A stretch of DNA of 64,000 nt from Eledone cirrhosa (GCA_964016885.1 OZ024747.1:20336001-20400000); one strand, 5' to 3'. Counted from the stretch's first letter, positions 26,922 through 42,379 are shown. Numbers and translations are program-made. The notes: a model not told the origin generated them from the sequence alone.

Positions 26922-27804
26922 GTGTTGCTGTTGTCTTGTCTTAATTTGTTATTGCTGTTATTGTTAATATTGTTCTTAATAGTATTGATTTTTGCTATCA
27001 AAGACCATTAGTTTGATGAAATGTTTGCTATTGAAATATTGAGTTGATCGAATCGTTGAAGAAGCTCCCATCTCTTATAACGACATGCCTATGTCTATGT
27101 CACTATTACAACTGATTATTATTATAGTTAATTACTATAATTATGTATTACCGCCGTGGTAGGAATCTCAAACCAGAACGAATATTTCAATTGACATTGA
27201 GAAAGTCAGAGTGGGTGATTACCGAGTCTGTAAAATTATCATTAGTAAAATACCACACAAAATATGAGTTTATGTATAATTTTTCATCATCTGTTTAAAT
27301 TCTGAGTTCAAACTTTCAGACGAGACAGCATTTAAAACCCAAACCATGCAAGAAAAGGTGCCCCACAACGGGGAGAAATGAGACAAAATAGGGAGATTTT
27401 ACATAATGAAACCTATACCCACTTTCACAAGAGAAGACATCTCTCACCCATCCCAAAGTGGGTGGGAGATCACCCCGTTGGATGGGGATAGTTGGCAGGC
27501 CTGAATTTAACTGGTTGTAATTGTATCTTTCCCCAGTTCCAGAAAGCGGAGATGTATTGCAAACACTACGATAGATTTAATCGATGAATTGTACATGACA
27601 ACACAACCTCAGTTTCTCTTCTTTACATCTATGGCCTATGTGCCAAAGTCATAAATCAATTGAAGAATTACGATTGCTAACTAAAATCTGGCAAGGGCTC
27701 GATTTTTCTTGTATTTTTTTATATATTTAATTTGATCGAATAACTTCCAGTTGTGTGTTGTGAACTGAATCGATAATCAATGCACATTATTTACAATTAG
27801 ATCA

Positions 27805-27995
27805 GGGCGGTGGATTGGCAGTATCGGTAGAGGGTCTGACGCCATGCTTTCCAGCATAGTTACGTCCCTTTACGATCTGAGTTCAAATCCTGCCGAGGTT
27901 GACTTTGCTTTTCATCCTTACGGGGTCGATAAAATAAAGTACCAGTAATGCACTGGTTAATTGCTGGCCTTGTGCCTAAAGTATAAACAATTATT
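27805..27995 (+). mobile_element. Full-length Nin/Deu-domain tRNA-SINE with 18-bp TSD
   Basis: GGCGGTGGATTGGCAGTATCGG..GAGTTCAAATCC..TTTCATCCTTACGGGGTCGATAAAATAAAGTACCAG. TSD ATTATTTACAATTAGATC at 27786-27803 and 27990-28007. Confidence 0.92.
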
Positions 27996-29985
27996 TACAA
28001 TTAGATCGTGTGTCAGTGTATGATGAGCATTAACATTTCGCTTGTGAGGGTTTTAGATAATAGAATCGGTAGAGCAGCTGTTACAATACCTTGTGACATG
28101 CAATTATATCTATTTACCTTCTAAGTTGAAATCCAATCGAGATAGAATTTGTCTAACCTACTATGGTAACATTGATATCAATATATAATCCACAATAGTC
28201 TCCAGTTAACATGTACCCTTATATTCATATTAAAATCATTTGTTTAAAGCGGCGGATTCTTCTTCTTCTAACCCACTTACAGCGGTGAATTGATTCATGA
28301 ATTCGTTAGATAGAATAAGTCGGATTATACGTCGTGCTCTCTGTTCTATGTTGATATCCTTTCGGGGTCGATAAAGACGTGATAGTCCAGTACAGGTAGG
28401 GGTATCAGTAATGTATCTTTAATTTAAAGACCAGCGTCTTCGCGTTGTGCCAACAGATTTTGGGTGTCAAATACCGTAATAGAAAAGAATCAATTCTAAT
28501 GTCAATAGTGCATTAGAAAGGAAGACAGAGAGAAAGCCACGTGGAGGTTTCAATAACTAGAAATAGAAGATCAATTTCCCTTCAACTATTCCCTGCCACT
28601 TTTCTTTCTCAAAAGTAAAATGTTTTAGTCAATAGTTGAAATAGAAAGACGAAAATGTGATGGCAGGAAGATAGGACGATCGAGAAATAAACAACAACAA
28701 CTAGATAAACAACCTGCAAAATTATTTATCCATATTATTAGTATATTCTATCTTAGGTCAACACACTTCTTTAGAATGCTCGTCGCTATAATTCAATTCT
28801 ATGCAAGTAAGCACAACTGAGTAAAAACAGTAAAATACTTCGATAGCGATACTTTAATATTACTGAGTTTTCTAGTATGCAATATTGACTTCAAGACATT
28901 TTATGCTAATGGATGATGGGGGATGTATACACGATGCAATTATAAGTGTATTTATATCACATGCCAACATGTATAATCCATCATTCAGTCAGAATATGTG
29001 TAGAGTAAACATATGGAAGAAAGTACGACCATGTACAGACATTGGATTGGATGAGCTTTTGAATTTTGAGTATTAAGTTAATTTGCTTACTACGAACTAA
29101 TGATGGTAGGGATGGAGGCCACCGTACAAAATTGTTACATATGTTACATACGTTATTGACTGCAGAAAGATTAAGTCTACACCACCCAAACGATATTCAA
29201 ATTTATAAATTGTACGGGGCGTAAAGAAGTTGTGAATTATTTCTACAAATTTAGCTCACATGCGCAAACATGAAGACCCAGATTACGAGAAGAGATTAGA
29301 TCAATGCCTGTCGACATTTCTTACCCTGCCTCCCATTTAGATTTTTTTTATTTAAGACTGCACCCCTCCGTATTTGGACAATGTTAGTATATAAAATAAG
29401 TAAATATATACACCCCATTCTGAAGTCCCACTTCCTTTCAAAATATTGCAGCATATCACTGATCCACCTTGCGAAATACTGTAGCAGATGATATAGCCTT
29501 AGATAACTGTAAAACAAATGAACGGAATGTAGGCATAGGTTTGTTTCACTATGGATGAGCTGGGCTTTAACGACAACAGCAACAAAAGCGGCAGTTGCAG
29601 TAGCAACAAGAACAAAAACAGCTGAACTGATAAAACACAACTAAATAGCAATGACTACACATGGTTTGGGTGCATGTAAGCCATATATATATCAGTGTAT
29701 AATGCATGGTAGAGTATGCCAAGAATATTTTATACAAAACCAACATATGTGATACGTGGTTATCATTAAAGTGAATACAAGCGTAATTATATATACTTGT
29801 TACTAGATTCCATGCCTAAAATAATGTTAAAGTGTTTCTACAATTTTATTTAAATATATATGAAAGACGGTGAGTTATATCGCTACGTGTAAATGAATGT
29901 GTGTGTGTCTGTATGTGTGTGTGTATGCATGTGTGTGTGTATGTGTGTTTTGCTCGTGTAATAAACACGCCTTTATATATACACG

Positions 29986-30033
<48 letters not shown>

Positions 30034-30086
30034 GAAAAAATGAAACGGAATTTCATTTCTCACTGTTAGTACGGCTGTTACTTAAA

Positions 30087-30289
30087 TATAGGTATGTATA
30101 CGTACACACATATATGTATACAGACGTACAGTAGTATGCATATATATACATACATGCACACATATATATATGTACGTATGGATACTTATCCATACGTACA
30201 TATATATATATATGTGTGCATGTATGTATATATATAGATACTACTGTACGTCTGTATACATATATGTATGTACGTATACATACCTATAT
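30087..30289. repeat. ~200-bp palindrome of degenerate microsatellite sequence
   Basis: Arms mirror about GGATA-CT-TATCC (~30186), e.g. CAGACGTACAGTAGTAT / ATACTACTGTACGTCTG. Confidence 0.85.
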
Positions 30290-32547
30290 ATATATATATA
30301 CTATAAACGCACACATATACATATGCTTACACACACACACACACACATATATATATACTGTAAACGCACACACGAATCTAGAATTCAGTGGGGGAGATAT
30401 ATGAACATAGAAACTAAGTGCGAAAACAGACGATAAGACTATATAAATATATGTATGTATGTATATATATATATGTATGTATGTATATCAACATATACTT
30501 ATATATGTTCATGAATATATATATATATATAAATATATATATGTTTATGAATATATATATATATATATTCATATGTTCACATACTTATATATATACTGAA
30601 ATCTCCAATACCTTATATGTATGACCCTCCTCTCTCTCTCTCTCTCCCCTCTCACTCGCTCGCTGTTCTTTTCTGACACCCTCCCTCATTTTGATCATTC
30701 TGCTTCTTTCTCTTTATATAGCCATCTGTATATTGAGTTTGTTCATCAATCAGGTTCACTAAATATATGCTATGTCTCATTTAGTGCATGAGTAGAATTT
30801 AAGTTATAGAATCGTCACTGAGGAAATGCCTTCGACGAATATGATAATTAAAATAATATTCACTGTTGATATTCTTGTATTTCATGTTGGCTTTGATGTC
30901 ATTGTTCATCAGACATCGTTTTGCCTGTTTTGATATAATCATTCTGCTCCAACTGCCATATAGTTTTATATCCTAGTTCTAGGTCTACATCATTCCCTTT
31001 TTTACGAGTTTCAGGAATATAGAAGCACAACATTTTGAGTAATAAAGTATGGCGTGTGACGCCATCTTTAATCAAAGCCTAGGGCAGAATATACGCTCTT
31101 CCGTATGAGAATTAAGCCTTTATGTACTAACAATAGTGGAATCTACGGAAGATTTGAAATGAAAACGTAAAGATGCAGAAAACATACCGCAAACCGATCT
31201 ATTTTCCTCGCTACCAATTCGGTAAATTCAACGCTCTTGAATGATAATTTTCTGTATCAACCATGATGGAATGAAAGGCAAAAGTGACTTACCGGAGCGA
31301 GATTTAGACTGCAGAGATCGAGAACAAATAGCGCGTGATATTTTGATCTAAGTTCTAATTTGCCACTGATTCTTAGATGTTTATTTTTAATTCATAATCA
31401 TAACAATGATTACATACCGCAGTTAAAGAGAAATAAAAGTAGCTTTGGCAGTTCGAGTGACTAGAAGTCGTATGTGAGCTGGATTGTCTACCACTTAAGA
31501 ATATATACAGTCCAATTGAGCTCAAACCAGGGCATTACCACCCGTAACGTGGAGGAACTTTAGATATCCAAATACTGGGCCTTGACCGACCAATTCATTT
31601 TTGTGTTGGTCATTTTTGTGCTTCTTGCAGTTGAGACATCTCGTGTTCTATGTGGTAGAACAGCCTAGAGAATTGGAAGGAATGCATCCTCTTCTAAAGG
31701 GATCGCTCTGAGGTTGTGTGGCTGATCAGTGGATGTCATTGGCTCGTCTCCGTGGTAATGATTTCCCCAAGGGTTTAGAATCTGGTATTTCCTCTCTTTT
31801 CTCCTAACGTTTATTAATTGTTTTTGATTTATTTCTTATGTGAAATTATTTATTATTGGTTTTCAAGGTAAGGGAAGGAAGTGGTAAAATTATTTAAATA
31901 CATTATCCCGAAATAATACTTATTTCTATCTCTTGTCTTTCATTTACAAAAAAAATATCTTGACCCTTGGTTAATTTAAAATAGAAATGTCTTAGTTTCA
32001 ACGGTTGAATCGAACGCAGGACTATATAACTGGGAAGCTGACGTCTTATAGTCATTTCTACGTGAGCCAAGATGAATTATTCTGATAGCAGTTTCAAATT
32101 CTGCCAGGCAGGGCAGCTAAGTCGTTTGAATCCTATTGATTTGCAAGTGTCAATCACGGCCTCTAAGACAAATGGAAATTCTATCTATGCCAACTAGACT
32201 AGATGTTTCTGTTTAAACAACAAAATAACGTTGATCCTAAATCTTCTTCTTATGCCATATTTAATGATTGCGCGTAAATATTTTCTGGTGAATCATAAAT
32301 CATATTTATGTGATAGGGCAGATATTTGTATTTGTGTTGAAAAATATGTAAATATGTGTATATTTTTATGTATGTTGAGATATTCAGAAAATGTCTCACT
32401 ATGTAAAACATTCGGGAAATAACAATTACTAGAGATTATGTGAGCATGTGTATATGTATACTTGAGTATAAAGAGAATTGTACACACACGTAAACACACA
32501 CACACACACATACACATACACACACACACAAACATATATACACACAC

Positions 32548-32579
<32 letters not shown>

Positions 32580-32728
32580 GGGGGGAGAAGTAGATAGATA
32601 GAAAGCTAGATAAATACATACATACATACACACATACATATGTGTTTCATGAAATATGTTATATTGTTATAACAGCTGAAATATTCAATGACATATTGTA
32701 TCGTGTCACAAGAGAACAAAATGCCTAG

Positions 32729-32825
<97 letters not shown>

Positions 32826-32851
32826 CATATATGTATATTTGTATACGTATA

Positions 32852-32927
<76 letters not shown>

Positions 32928-33696
32928 TGTGTGTGTTTGTGTATATATATATGTATATACATCTAAATACACATGTAATACACATACAGGTATACATGCG
33001 TGCGTGTGTGAACGTGTAATGTTGTGTATGCTTACATTTCTTCGAAAACGATACAAGATCTAAGTATTTCTAAATATGAACAGCGTGTCTATAAAAGTGA
33101 CATCATATATAAGTCTATTCATTAACATATGTCTATGTACAGGGATATATAATTATCCTTAGACTGCCTGGCTTGCAAGGCTATTATTAATCAGAACCGG
33201 TGTGAACATCATATATAAACACTGAAAATACTGTTGCAGTTATTAACAGGTTTTCTGAATACTACATAAAACTAAAGACCCAACTTTATATCCGCAAACA
33301 TATAGAAACTGTCACACCTTCATAAGTGTATGCCTCACATATATGCACTTATATAAACATAATCCTTGCCCGGTCTGTTGTACTAAGGCAAAAGATGAAA
33401 AAGGCAAATAATCAATAAGATTATTGTAGAGATATAAAGCAGAACATAGAGAGGGCGATGTGAATGACTTTTAATAAACCAAGGATGTACAGTAAACTTT
33501 CATTGAAATAAAAAAAAACTGGCGTGAAGTAACAGGAAACCTATAAAATACAAGTGTATTCATGGTTCGCTATAAAATAGTGTCAATATATGTTAGTTTT
33601 CATACTGACATCCCTTACACACACACATACTCACACACACGCACATACATATATATGTACACACACTCACACACACATACACACACTCACACATAC

Positions 33697-33739
<43 letters not shown>

Positions 33740-33827
33740 CGCGTGTAAATATATATATAAACATGCATATCCACATATAAATGTATATCCACATATGCAC
33801 ATATGTTATATATAATGTATATACATA

Positions 33828-33890
<63 letters not shown>

Positions 33891-34101
33891 GGGGGGTTGT
33901 GTGTGTGTGTGTGTGTTTGCCTGTGTATGTTTATACGTCTGTGTATGTATGGAAGTGCACGCAAGAAAAAATATCAATATTATTCAGGTGTTTACCTTCA
34001 CATAATTATATGGTATATACATGTGTAAGTCTCTGTGTTTGCGTGTGTGTCTGTGTGTGTGTATATATATATATAAGTATGTGTGTGTATATATATATAT
34101 A

Positions 34102-34174
<73 letters not shown>

Positions 34175-35199
34175 CTACTGGGGATGGCCGAATAAGTAAA
34201 GGAATCGAAGAACAAAAACATCTTGTGTTATTTGGTTGTCTCCCTTTACGCCCAGTGTGACTTTGCCTTTCATCTTTAGAAATCAATAAAATTAAGTACC
34301 AGACAACGTAATGGGGTCTGTATAATCGACTAGAACCATTCATATCAATAAAATATTAAAATAGTAACCAGTCTGTGTGATTGTGCCAATAACGGTCTGT
34401 ACATCTGAAATATTACAAACAATAATATTCCCAAGGCAAGGTACTTTAATGTGTATAGTTTACTTTTTTCAAAATAAAAACGTAGGCGTTAGATGCAAGC
34501 AAGGTAGTAAGGTTTATACGTTCAGGCTGTATTCGTGACATCAGCAATTTGAGCTCACCTCGTGGTTTTTTGTGCAATTCTGATTTCATAGCTTGTTTTC
34601 GATCCTAAACTTTTATTGGGCTAATATTTGGAAGCCTGTCAAATAAATTGCACCCATAAATTTTTAGATGATATGTGTAGTTGGTTCTCCACAAGAATTA
34701 AGACAGGGGAATCCGAAGCCAAGGAATATTGAACCACTGACACGTTATTTCAATTAGTAAGACGTTCCATTCATTCAAACAGTCATGCTTGTAATCATCG
34801 AAAATCGTGTTTATTTTTGTTGATATTTCCTGGTTTGCAGATATAAATTGACTTCTCTTCTATGCAGTTGGAAAGAAAATTACCTACTTACTATATAGTT
34901 TCGGGTTAGAAACACTAACTCGTGACCTTGGGCAAGCATCTTGGATGGAACAGCTTTGTTTTTGAAGAGAAGATTTATAATGTCTCTCAGTGTAGTATCG
35001 CTATATGGTTGACTTTAGCAATGACAATATCTTATATGGACCTATATAAGCATTTACGAATCCCAGTCGATGTTGTCTACGAAAGGAGTGTTTCTGTGAT
35101 CTCTCAGAAACCATTGCTCCTCCAAACTTTGACTTTTGACAGTCTCTAATTCAAAAAATTATAAAAATGCATCCATATGTTAAAGGACCTCTGTTTATT

Positions 35200-35490
35200 C
35201 TGACGACGAGTATACCAGTTGATTCAATCAATGGAACGGTCTACTCCAGAAACTTATTTGTATGGGCCGAGCATTCCATGGTCAAGTAAACCATTACCGT
35301 AGTGCTCAGATATATCCAGTGTCATTCAGTTTATGCTATACTGGCTCATTGAGTTACAGGTGCAACTCGTTTTTGCCAACAGATTGAACGGAAGCAGCGT
35401 GAAATAGAATGTCTTGATCAAGGACACAACGAACGACTCTATCCGGAAATGGAACTCGTGATCTTACGCTCGTGATCCCGTAGCATACCC
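35200..35490 (-). mobile_element. Degenerate tRNA-SINE related to 2274-2387
   Basis: CGTGAAATAGAATGTCTTGATCAAGGACACAAC is the reverse complement of the central motif. Confidence 0.55.
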
Positions 35491-35885
35491 CAATACACTC
35501 CCATATAAATCCACTTTAGATTCACACGTTGGTTCAAGAGTTGATTCAGTTCAGAAGTTAAGCACATTTAATTTCTCGACATTTTCCGTCATCATCATCA
35601 TCTTTCATAGATATTTTTAGGCGGCGCTTCAATATGTAAAGTGACAAATTAACATAGTAGAAGCCTTTCTAGCACTTGATTCAGTATTAGTGTTTATATA
35701 ATAATTCATACAACAGATCCTTCGTAAAATCATATATATATATATGTATACATATATATATACATCTATATGTGTATATATATATGCACATATATACGCA
35801 TATGTATGTGCATATATCTATGGAGCGTAGTGTGTGTATGTGTGTGTGTGCGTGGTTGTGTGTGCGTGTGTGTGTATACATATAC

Positions 35886-35936
<51 letters not shown>

Positions 35937-35945
35937 TACATATAC

Positions 35946-36054
<109 letters not shown>

Positions 36055-36188
36055 AGTCCACTGGTAACATGCAATCTCGTAAAATGTGTGTATATACGTA
36101 CGTATATGATATTTATGTATATATAAATATATATGTATGTGTGGCTATCAATATATGTGTGGCTATGCATATATGTGTGTACACACAC

Positions 36189-36267
<79 letters not shown>

Positions 36268-36268
<1 letters not shown>

Positions 36269-39200
36269 TGTTTCTTTTATTTGCCACAAGGGCATCAAAA
36301 GTGGGACAAGTACAATGGGGGGAGTTTACAAAACAAGGCGTCCTCAATAGGGAGGAGGCAATAACAATATATAAAAATAAAATAAAATATAACAATAAAT
36401 AGAATTATAACAAAATCCTCAATAGAGGATTTTGTTATAAAATATAACAAAAAATAAAATTTATAACAAAATCCTCAATAGAGAGGAGGCGCCTTGGGGG
36501 GTCGCACACACCCCCGAAAAAAGTGTGCAACCCTTTTCCTCAGGAGCACAGAGAGGGGGTGCTCCCTTGTTCCTTCCTCTTTTCCACCTACAGGCTCATG
36601 TAAAGAGAAGGCCCATTCACACGGGCCATTCTCGCCACTTTCACCCACCTTTCATAAAAACGACTGGGGTGCAGCACCTCTCTCTCCATCCTGATCCTTC
36701 TTCCGAAATGATATCGGAAGAAACGGACCAGTTGTTGGCCAGAGAGAAAGGTGCCTGACCTCAGTCCTTTCAGACGCGTCCACCATACAACCTCTTTCGC
36801 CATGGCTATTACGCACAGAAACACCGCCTCTGCTTCATCTTTGAAGGTGGGAGGCGGCTTGATCATTACAATAGACTCGGTGGCCAACCGGATCGGTCCC
36901 ACCCTTGACAGCAGTTGTTCGACATAGCCCCACAGATCGGCTACGCCCGAGCAGTGTACCAATGCGTGTGTAACGGTTTCCTCGTCGCACACGCATCTGG
37001 GACAGATCTTTTTGGCGGGGTCTCTACCCGGGCGCCCGTGTCTGTAGAGCCTTTCTCGAACGGGTAAAGCTCCTCGGTAGCACTGCCAGGCCAGGGACTT
37101 CTGGAAGTTGTCCATAGGTCCCGGGCTGAATGTCCTACCGAACAGGCTGGCCAGTTCGTCCTCCTCCATGTCTAGGGCTTCTCCGAGGGCGTCGTCGCAC
37201 CTGCTGCGTACCAGCCCTCTATAGAATGTTGCGGTGGAGTCTCCACTGATAACCGGATCCGCCTGCCAGAGGGCGGTGAGCGCCTGGGCACACTCAGTGT
37301 GCCAGGCGCCCAGTTTTCTCGGTCTTTGCTTGACCCAGGATTGCAGCTCGGTGAGTGAGACGAGTCTGGGAAAGGTTCGTCTCACAAACGAGGCCCACAC
37401 CGGTTGTCCGGTGAGGAATACGTAGAGGTGCCGTAGCCTTAATGCGTGTTTACGCATCATTAGCCACGGCATCCCCAGCCCTCCTTTCGAAGGGTGTTGA
37501 CAGCAGATGGATCTCCTCACCATAGGAGCCCGCCTCTTCCAAAGGAATTGGAAGAGCGCGCGCTCCATCTTTGTGAGGGTTTCCCTTGGGCAGGGCACTG
37601 CGGTCAGGCGGTAGTAGATGACGGACGCTATATAAGTGTTCGCCACCTCCGCCCGACCTTTCAGGGATAGTTTGCAACTGGCCCACTTCTGTGTCAGTGC
37701 AAACACCCTGTTCGTAACCTCCGCCCAGTTTTTCTCCACCTGGAGGTCCGGTCCGAACCAGACCCCGAGCAACTTCACCGAGCCCTCCGTCCAGCGTCCG
37801 ACGACGCCATCGGAGGGCATCGGTCTGCCCCTCCACGTGCCGAGTTGCAAACCGATCGACTTGTCCCGGTTCAGCTTAGCCCCTGTGAACTTTTCGTACT
37901 CCTCCAGTAAGGTGCCGACCGCCTCGATCCCGGAGGCCGTCGACACCATTACTGTCACGTCATCGGCGTAGGCCGACACCGCTTTCCGCAATCCCGGTTC
38001 CAAAGGGATGCCCTGCAACAACTCCAACTTCCGCAGTAGTGGCTCGAGAGTCAACACATACAGAAGGGAGGAGAGAGGGCACCCTTGTCGGATGGACCGA
38101 GAGGTAGCCGTTCACCTTGACCCTAGAGCAGATGCGGCTGCTATGCATAGCAGTGATCCAGCCCCTGAAAACGGGTCCGAAGCCTGCCGCCGCTAGCACC
38201 GCATCCAGGTAACCATGGTCGACCCTATCGAACGCCTTAGATTGATCCAAGTTGATCAGAGCCCCACCAAAGCCGGGTTCGTTCCCAACCCTCTCTATGA
38301 TGTATCGCATGAGGTGGAGGTTGTCATGGATGGACCTGGACGGGATAGCGCATGTCTGCGCATCTCCCACCAGGTTGCCCACGACAAGCGCCAACCTCTT
38401 TGCTAGCACCTTGGCCAAAATCTGTAACTCTGTATTTAGCAGAGTTATGAGCCTGAAGTTACTTATTTCGTCCCCCTTGTTCTCGTCCTTCCTCACTAGC
38501 GTGACTACGCCCTTGGTCACAGCACAGGGAATTCTCCCGTTCTGTTGCCAGTTGCAGTAGACCGCCTCGAGGAAATCGGGGAACAAGTCCGGCATAGCTA
38601 GATATAATTCGTAAGGAAGACCATCGAGACCGGGGATTTGCGTTTGCCGCATTGGCTCAGCACGTCCTCTATCTCAGCGGCCGAAATCGGCTCCTCGCAG
38701 GACTTCGCCTCCCTGTCCGAGAGGCGCGGCAGGCCGTCGAGGTATGGACCGAAGTCCACGTTCCCAACCGGCTCCCCGCCCCTCCCGAACAGTCAGGAAA
38801 AGTGCCTTTGAAAGGCCTCACACATCTGCTTAGGCTCAAGAATCGCCCGTCCATCCAGGTCTCGCAAAGACCGGATGGTGGATTTAGTTCCACTGTTGGC
38901 CTCTGTCACGCGGGCCCAGCTAACAGCTTTGGTTCCCTCGTTCCCTAGAGCACGTATTTTACTTCGGACAACGCAGCCTTCGTGCTTCGCGTCGAAAAAC
39001 TGGCTCAAAGCCGTTCTCGACGCTAGCACTCTGGCCACGTCGCCGCTTCTAATTGCCTCTTCTACTCTATCTATTAGCTCCCTTTCCTTCCTATTCCTAT
39101 CCGCAGCTAGAACCTTACTAAATTCTATCGAGACTACTCTAATCTCTCTCTTTAGAGATACCCACCACCTGCTGTTGACGATCGCTCCAGTCAACCGTTC

Positions 39201-40054
39201 CTTAACTAACGTACTAATCCGATTCCTGTAGGCTCTACTTGCCGGCAAGGACAAGTTGAGCTTCCAGTAACCGGGGCCCTGTCTATGAGTTCTGTCAAGG
39301 TTGACCATGCAGGTCACTAATTTGTGGTCTGAATAGCCAACCATGCGCATTTTTGGACAACTTAAAAAGTCCTTATCCTTAATTCTAACTAAGAACCTAT
39401 CTAGGTACGACCTAGATGATCCGCTACGATTTGCCCAAGTCCAGGTTGGCGCAGTCGGAAAATCTAGTCGATATCTATCGGCCAGGTCAAATCGACCGAT
39501 TAACCCTTTGAGGCTATTACACCCCTCTCTATCGGTGCAGGCCCCTACGTAGTCCCAGCGTGCATCTAGGATACCATTCCAGTCCCCCACTAATAGCAAG
39601 GAGCGGGACGTCCCTAGAAAAGTCTCCAGACGATGGAAGAAGTCCGGCCGCATTGACCCGAAAGGGCCGTAGGCGGCTACCAACCTAAACGCTCCGCCTT
39701 TACCACTGCCAAGGTCCTGAACCACTAGTCGACCCTCCGGGTCCAGATGTACCATCTGTGTTGCGAGACCCAGATGTTTTTGCAGCAGAACGACAACTCC
39801 AACCCCACCTCCGGGCTGACAGAGAGATGCGTGCATCTCAAAGTTATCAAAGGTGGGGGCCAGCTGTCGCACGTTGCTGATCCGGGCCTCGCAAATAACC
39901 ATCACATCTATACGTTGTGACCTGAGGTCATTTAGAAGCATTGCTTGCTTCCAAGTTGAGCCCAGGCCACGCGCATTTAAACAGCCTACTCTTAGCATAG
40001 CCATGTTGGTGGTGAAGAGAAAAGGCACTTACCTCTCTGCGTCCCGGGTATCGA
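36268..40054 (-). mobile_element. Tx1/L1-clade non-LTR retrotransposon, 5'-truncated just upstream of ORF2, inserted in (TATC)n
   Basis: GC-rich island with APE, RT and CCHC domains. 3' end CTTGTGGCAAATAAAAGAAAC. (GATA)n on both flanks. Confidence 0.92.
36588..40004 (-). pseudogene. Frameshifted ORF2: AP endonuclease, reverse transcriptase and CCHC finger
   Basis: GCLNARGL, GDWN, YLDRFL, SDHKLV (38793-40004). PGLDGLP, RLITLLNTE, LDQSKAFDRVDH (37960-38652). RQGCPLS, AYADDV, CPRC..ETVTHALVHC (36588-38100). At least 2 frameshifts. Confidence 0.92.
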
Positions 40055-40198
40055 GATAGATAGATAGATAGATAGATAGACATATATATATATATATATA
40101 GAGTGAGAGAGAGGGGATAGATAACTTTCTATTTAAGAGAAAGGGAGATAGATAGATAGATAAATAGATATATAGATAGATAGATAGGTAGATACATT

Positions 40199-40261
<63 letters not shown>

Positions 40262-40262
<1 letters not shown>

Positions 40263-41139
40263 TCTTTATTTGCCACAGGGGCGTACAAAAATGGGACATT
40301 ACAAGACGTGACGGCGGGGGTTTTACATAAAAATAACTTTAACATTAATAAATAACAATAAACTATATATAAGGAACACGTTTTATAGGTATTCCTGTCT
40401 TCCCTCTGTTTATCTTCCTCAACCTACAGGTTTATATACAGAAAAGGGCCATTCACTCGGGTGATTTTCGCCACATTCACCCACCTTTCAGCGAATTTAC
40501 TGGAGTGTGGCACCTCTCTCTCCACTCTCACCTTCCTTCTGAAGTGATACTTAAAGAAGGGCATAAGTTGTTGTGCGGAGAGAAAGGTGTTTGCCCTCAG
40601 TCCTTTTAACCTCGTCCACCATATTACCTCTTTCGTCATAGCCACCAGACAGAGGAAAACCGCCTCTCCTTCGTTCTTAAATGAAGGCGGCGGGATGATC
40701 CTCACGATGGACTCGGCTGACAACTGGATGCGTTCCACACGTGACAGCAGCTGTTCGACATATTTCCACAGGTCGGTCACCCCTGGGCACTGAACAATTT
40801 CGTGCAGAACGGTTTCGATGTCCTTCTCGCATCTTGGACAAGTCCTTTTAGCAGGATCTCTGCCAGGGCGTCCGTGCCTGTAGATTTTGTCTCGAACTGG
40901 TAGAGCTACTCGGTAGCACTGCCAGGCCAGAGACCCCTGGAAGTTAACCATAGGCCCTGGACGGAAAGTCCTCCCGGACAGACTGGTCAGTTCGCCCTCC
41001 TCGATGCCTAAATTTTCCCCGATAATCTCGTCGCACTTATCCTCCACTAATCCCCTATAGAATGTCGAAGTGTAGTCTCCGCTGATTGCCGTTTCCGCTT
41101 GGTAGAGGGGTGTGAGCGCCTGTAGGCACTCAATGTGCC

Positions 41140-41140
<1 letters not shown>
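40262..41140 (-). mobile_element. Second, diverged Tx1-like copy (3' ~880 bp) in (TATC)n
   Basis: WHIECLQAL..LAWQCYRVALPVRD..CPRC..ETVLHEIVQC is homologous to the first copy. Same 3' end TGTGGCAAATAAAG. (GATA)n flanks. Confidence 0.9.
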
Positions 41141-41230
<90 letters not shown>

Positions 41231-41231
41231 T

Positions 41232-41288
<57 letters not shown>

Positions 41289-41578
41289 CAGATAGATAGA
41301 TAGATAGACAATTAGATGGAGCGATAGATAGAAGATATGTTTCTCACCTTCTCTTAAAAACGTATTCTATAGACCGAGATATCTGAATCTCATTAATAAC
41401 ATATTTCGTGAAAAAAAGAAAGTCTACAAGAGACAATTCAATGTAATTAATTTTCGCTTTGAAGCGCTTCTAAAATTCATTTCACAGCAGATTTCAGTGC
41501 GATCCTGCTTCTTCCATCTCCCCTCTACCTCTCTCTCAATCTCTATATCCCATATATATATATATATATATTTATATA

Positions 41579-41692
<114 letters not shown>

Positions 41693-41695
41693 CAT

Positions 41696-41781
<86 letters not shown>

Positions 41782-42290
41782 ATACATATATATATATACA
41801 CATACATACATATATGCACACACACACAACACACATATGTATATATGTATGTATGCATGCATTTATGTGTGCATTTGTGTATATATAGTAATTCATTTTG
41901 GTACGTTTGTCGGCTTCGCTGAACTTGAATTGACACCATGTTAACGATTGTTAAGTTCACCGACCATAGATAGTTCGGCCTTATCGACCAGCCTGAAGAA
42001 GTTATCTGCACTTAACTAATACATTGTCACTGGGGACATTTACGGCGCTGCACGCTTCATGTTTTAACAGTTTTTATTCACAGTTTACACATTATAAAAT
42101 ATGAAAATGTCCGGTCATTTCGTTTGAGATTTATACTCAATTGAATGTGAATAATGATATACACTCTCACTGCCAAGAGCTGAACCTGCGTTTTAAGCCT
42201 CCTACTATATATAACAGATAACGCAATTTACTTGTCTGGCCTCTGTGTCTAATACATATATATACACAGAGACACATTATATATATATAT

Positions 42291-42374
<84 letters not shown>

Positions 42375-42379
<5 letters not shown>

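Noticed and set aside
27330-27503. hAT-like MITE ending GTTGGCAGGCCTG
   Set aside because: Only one TIR-like end is found, and no TSD.
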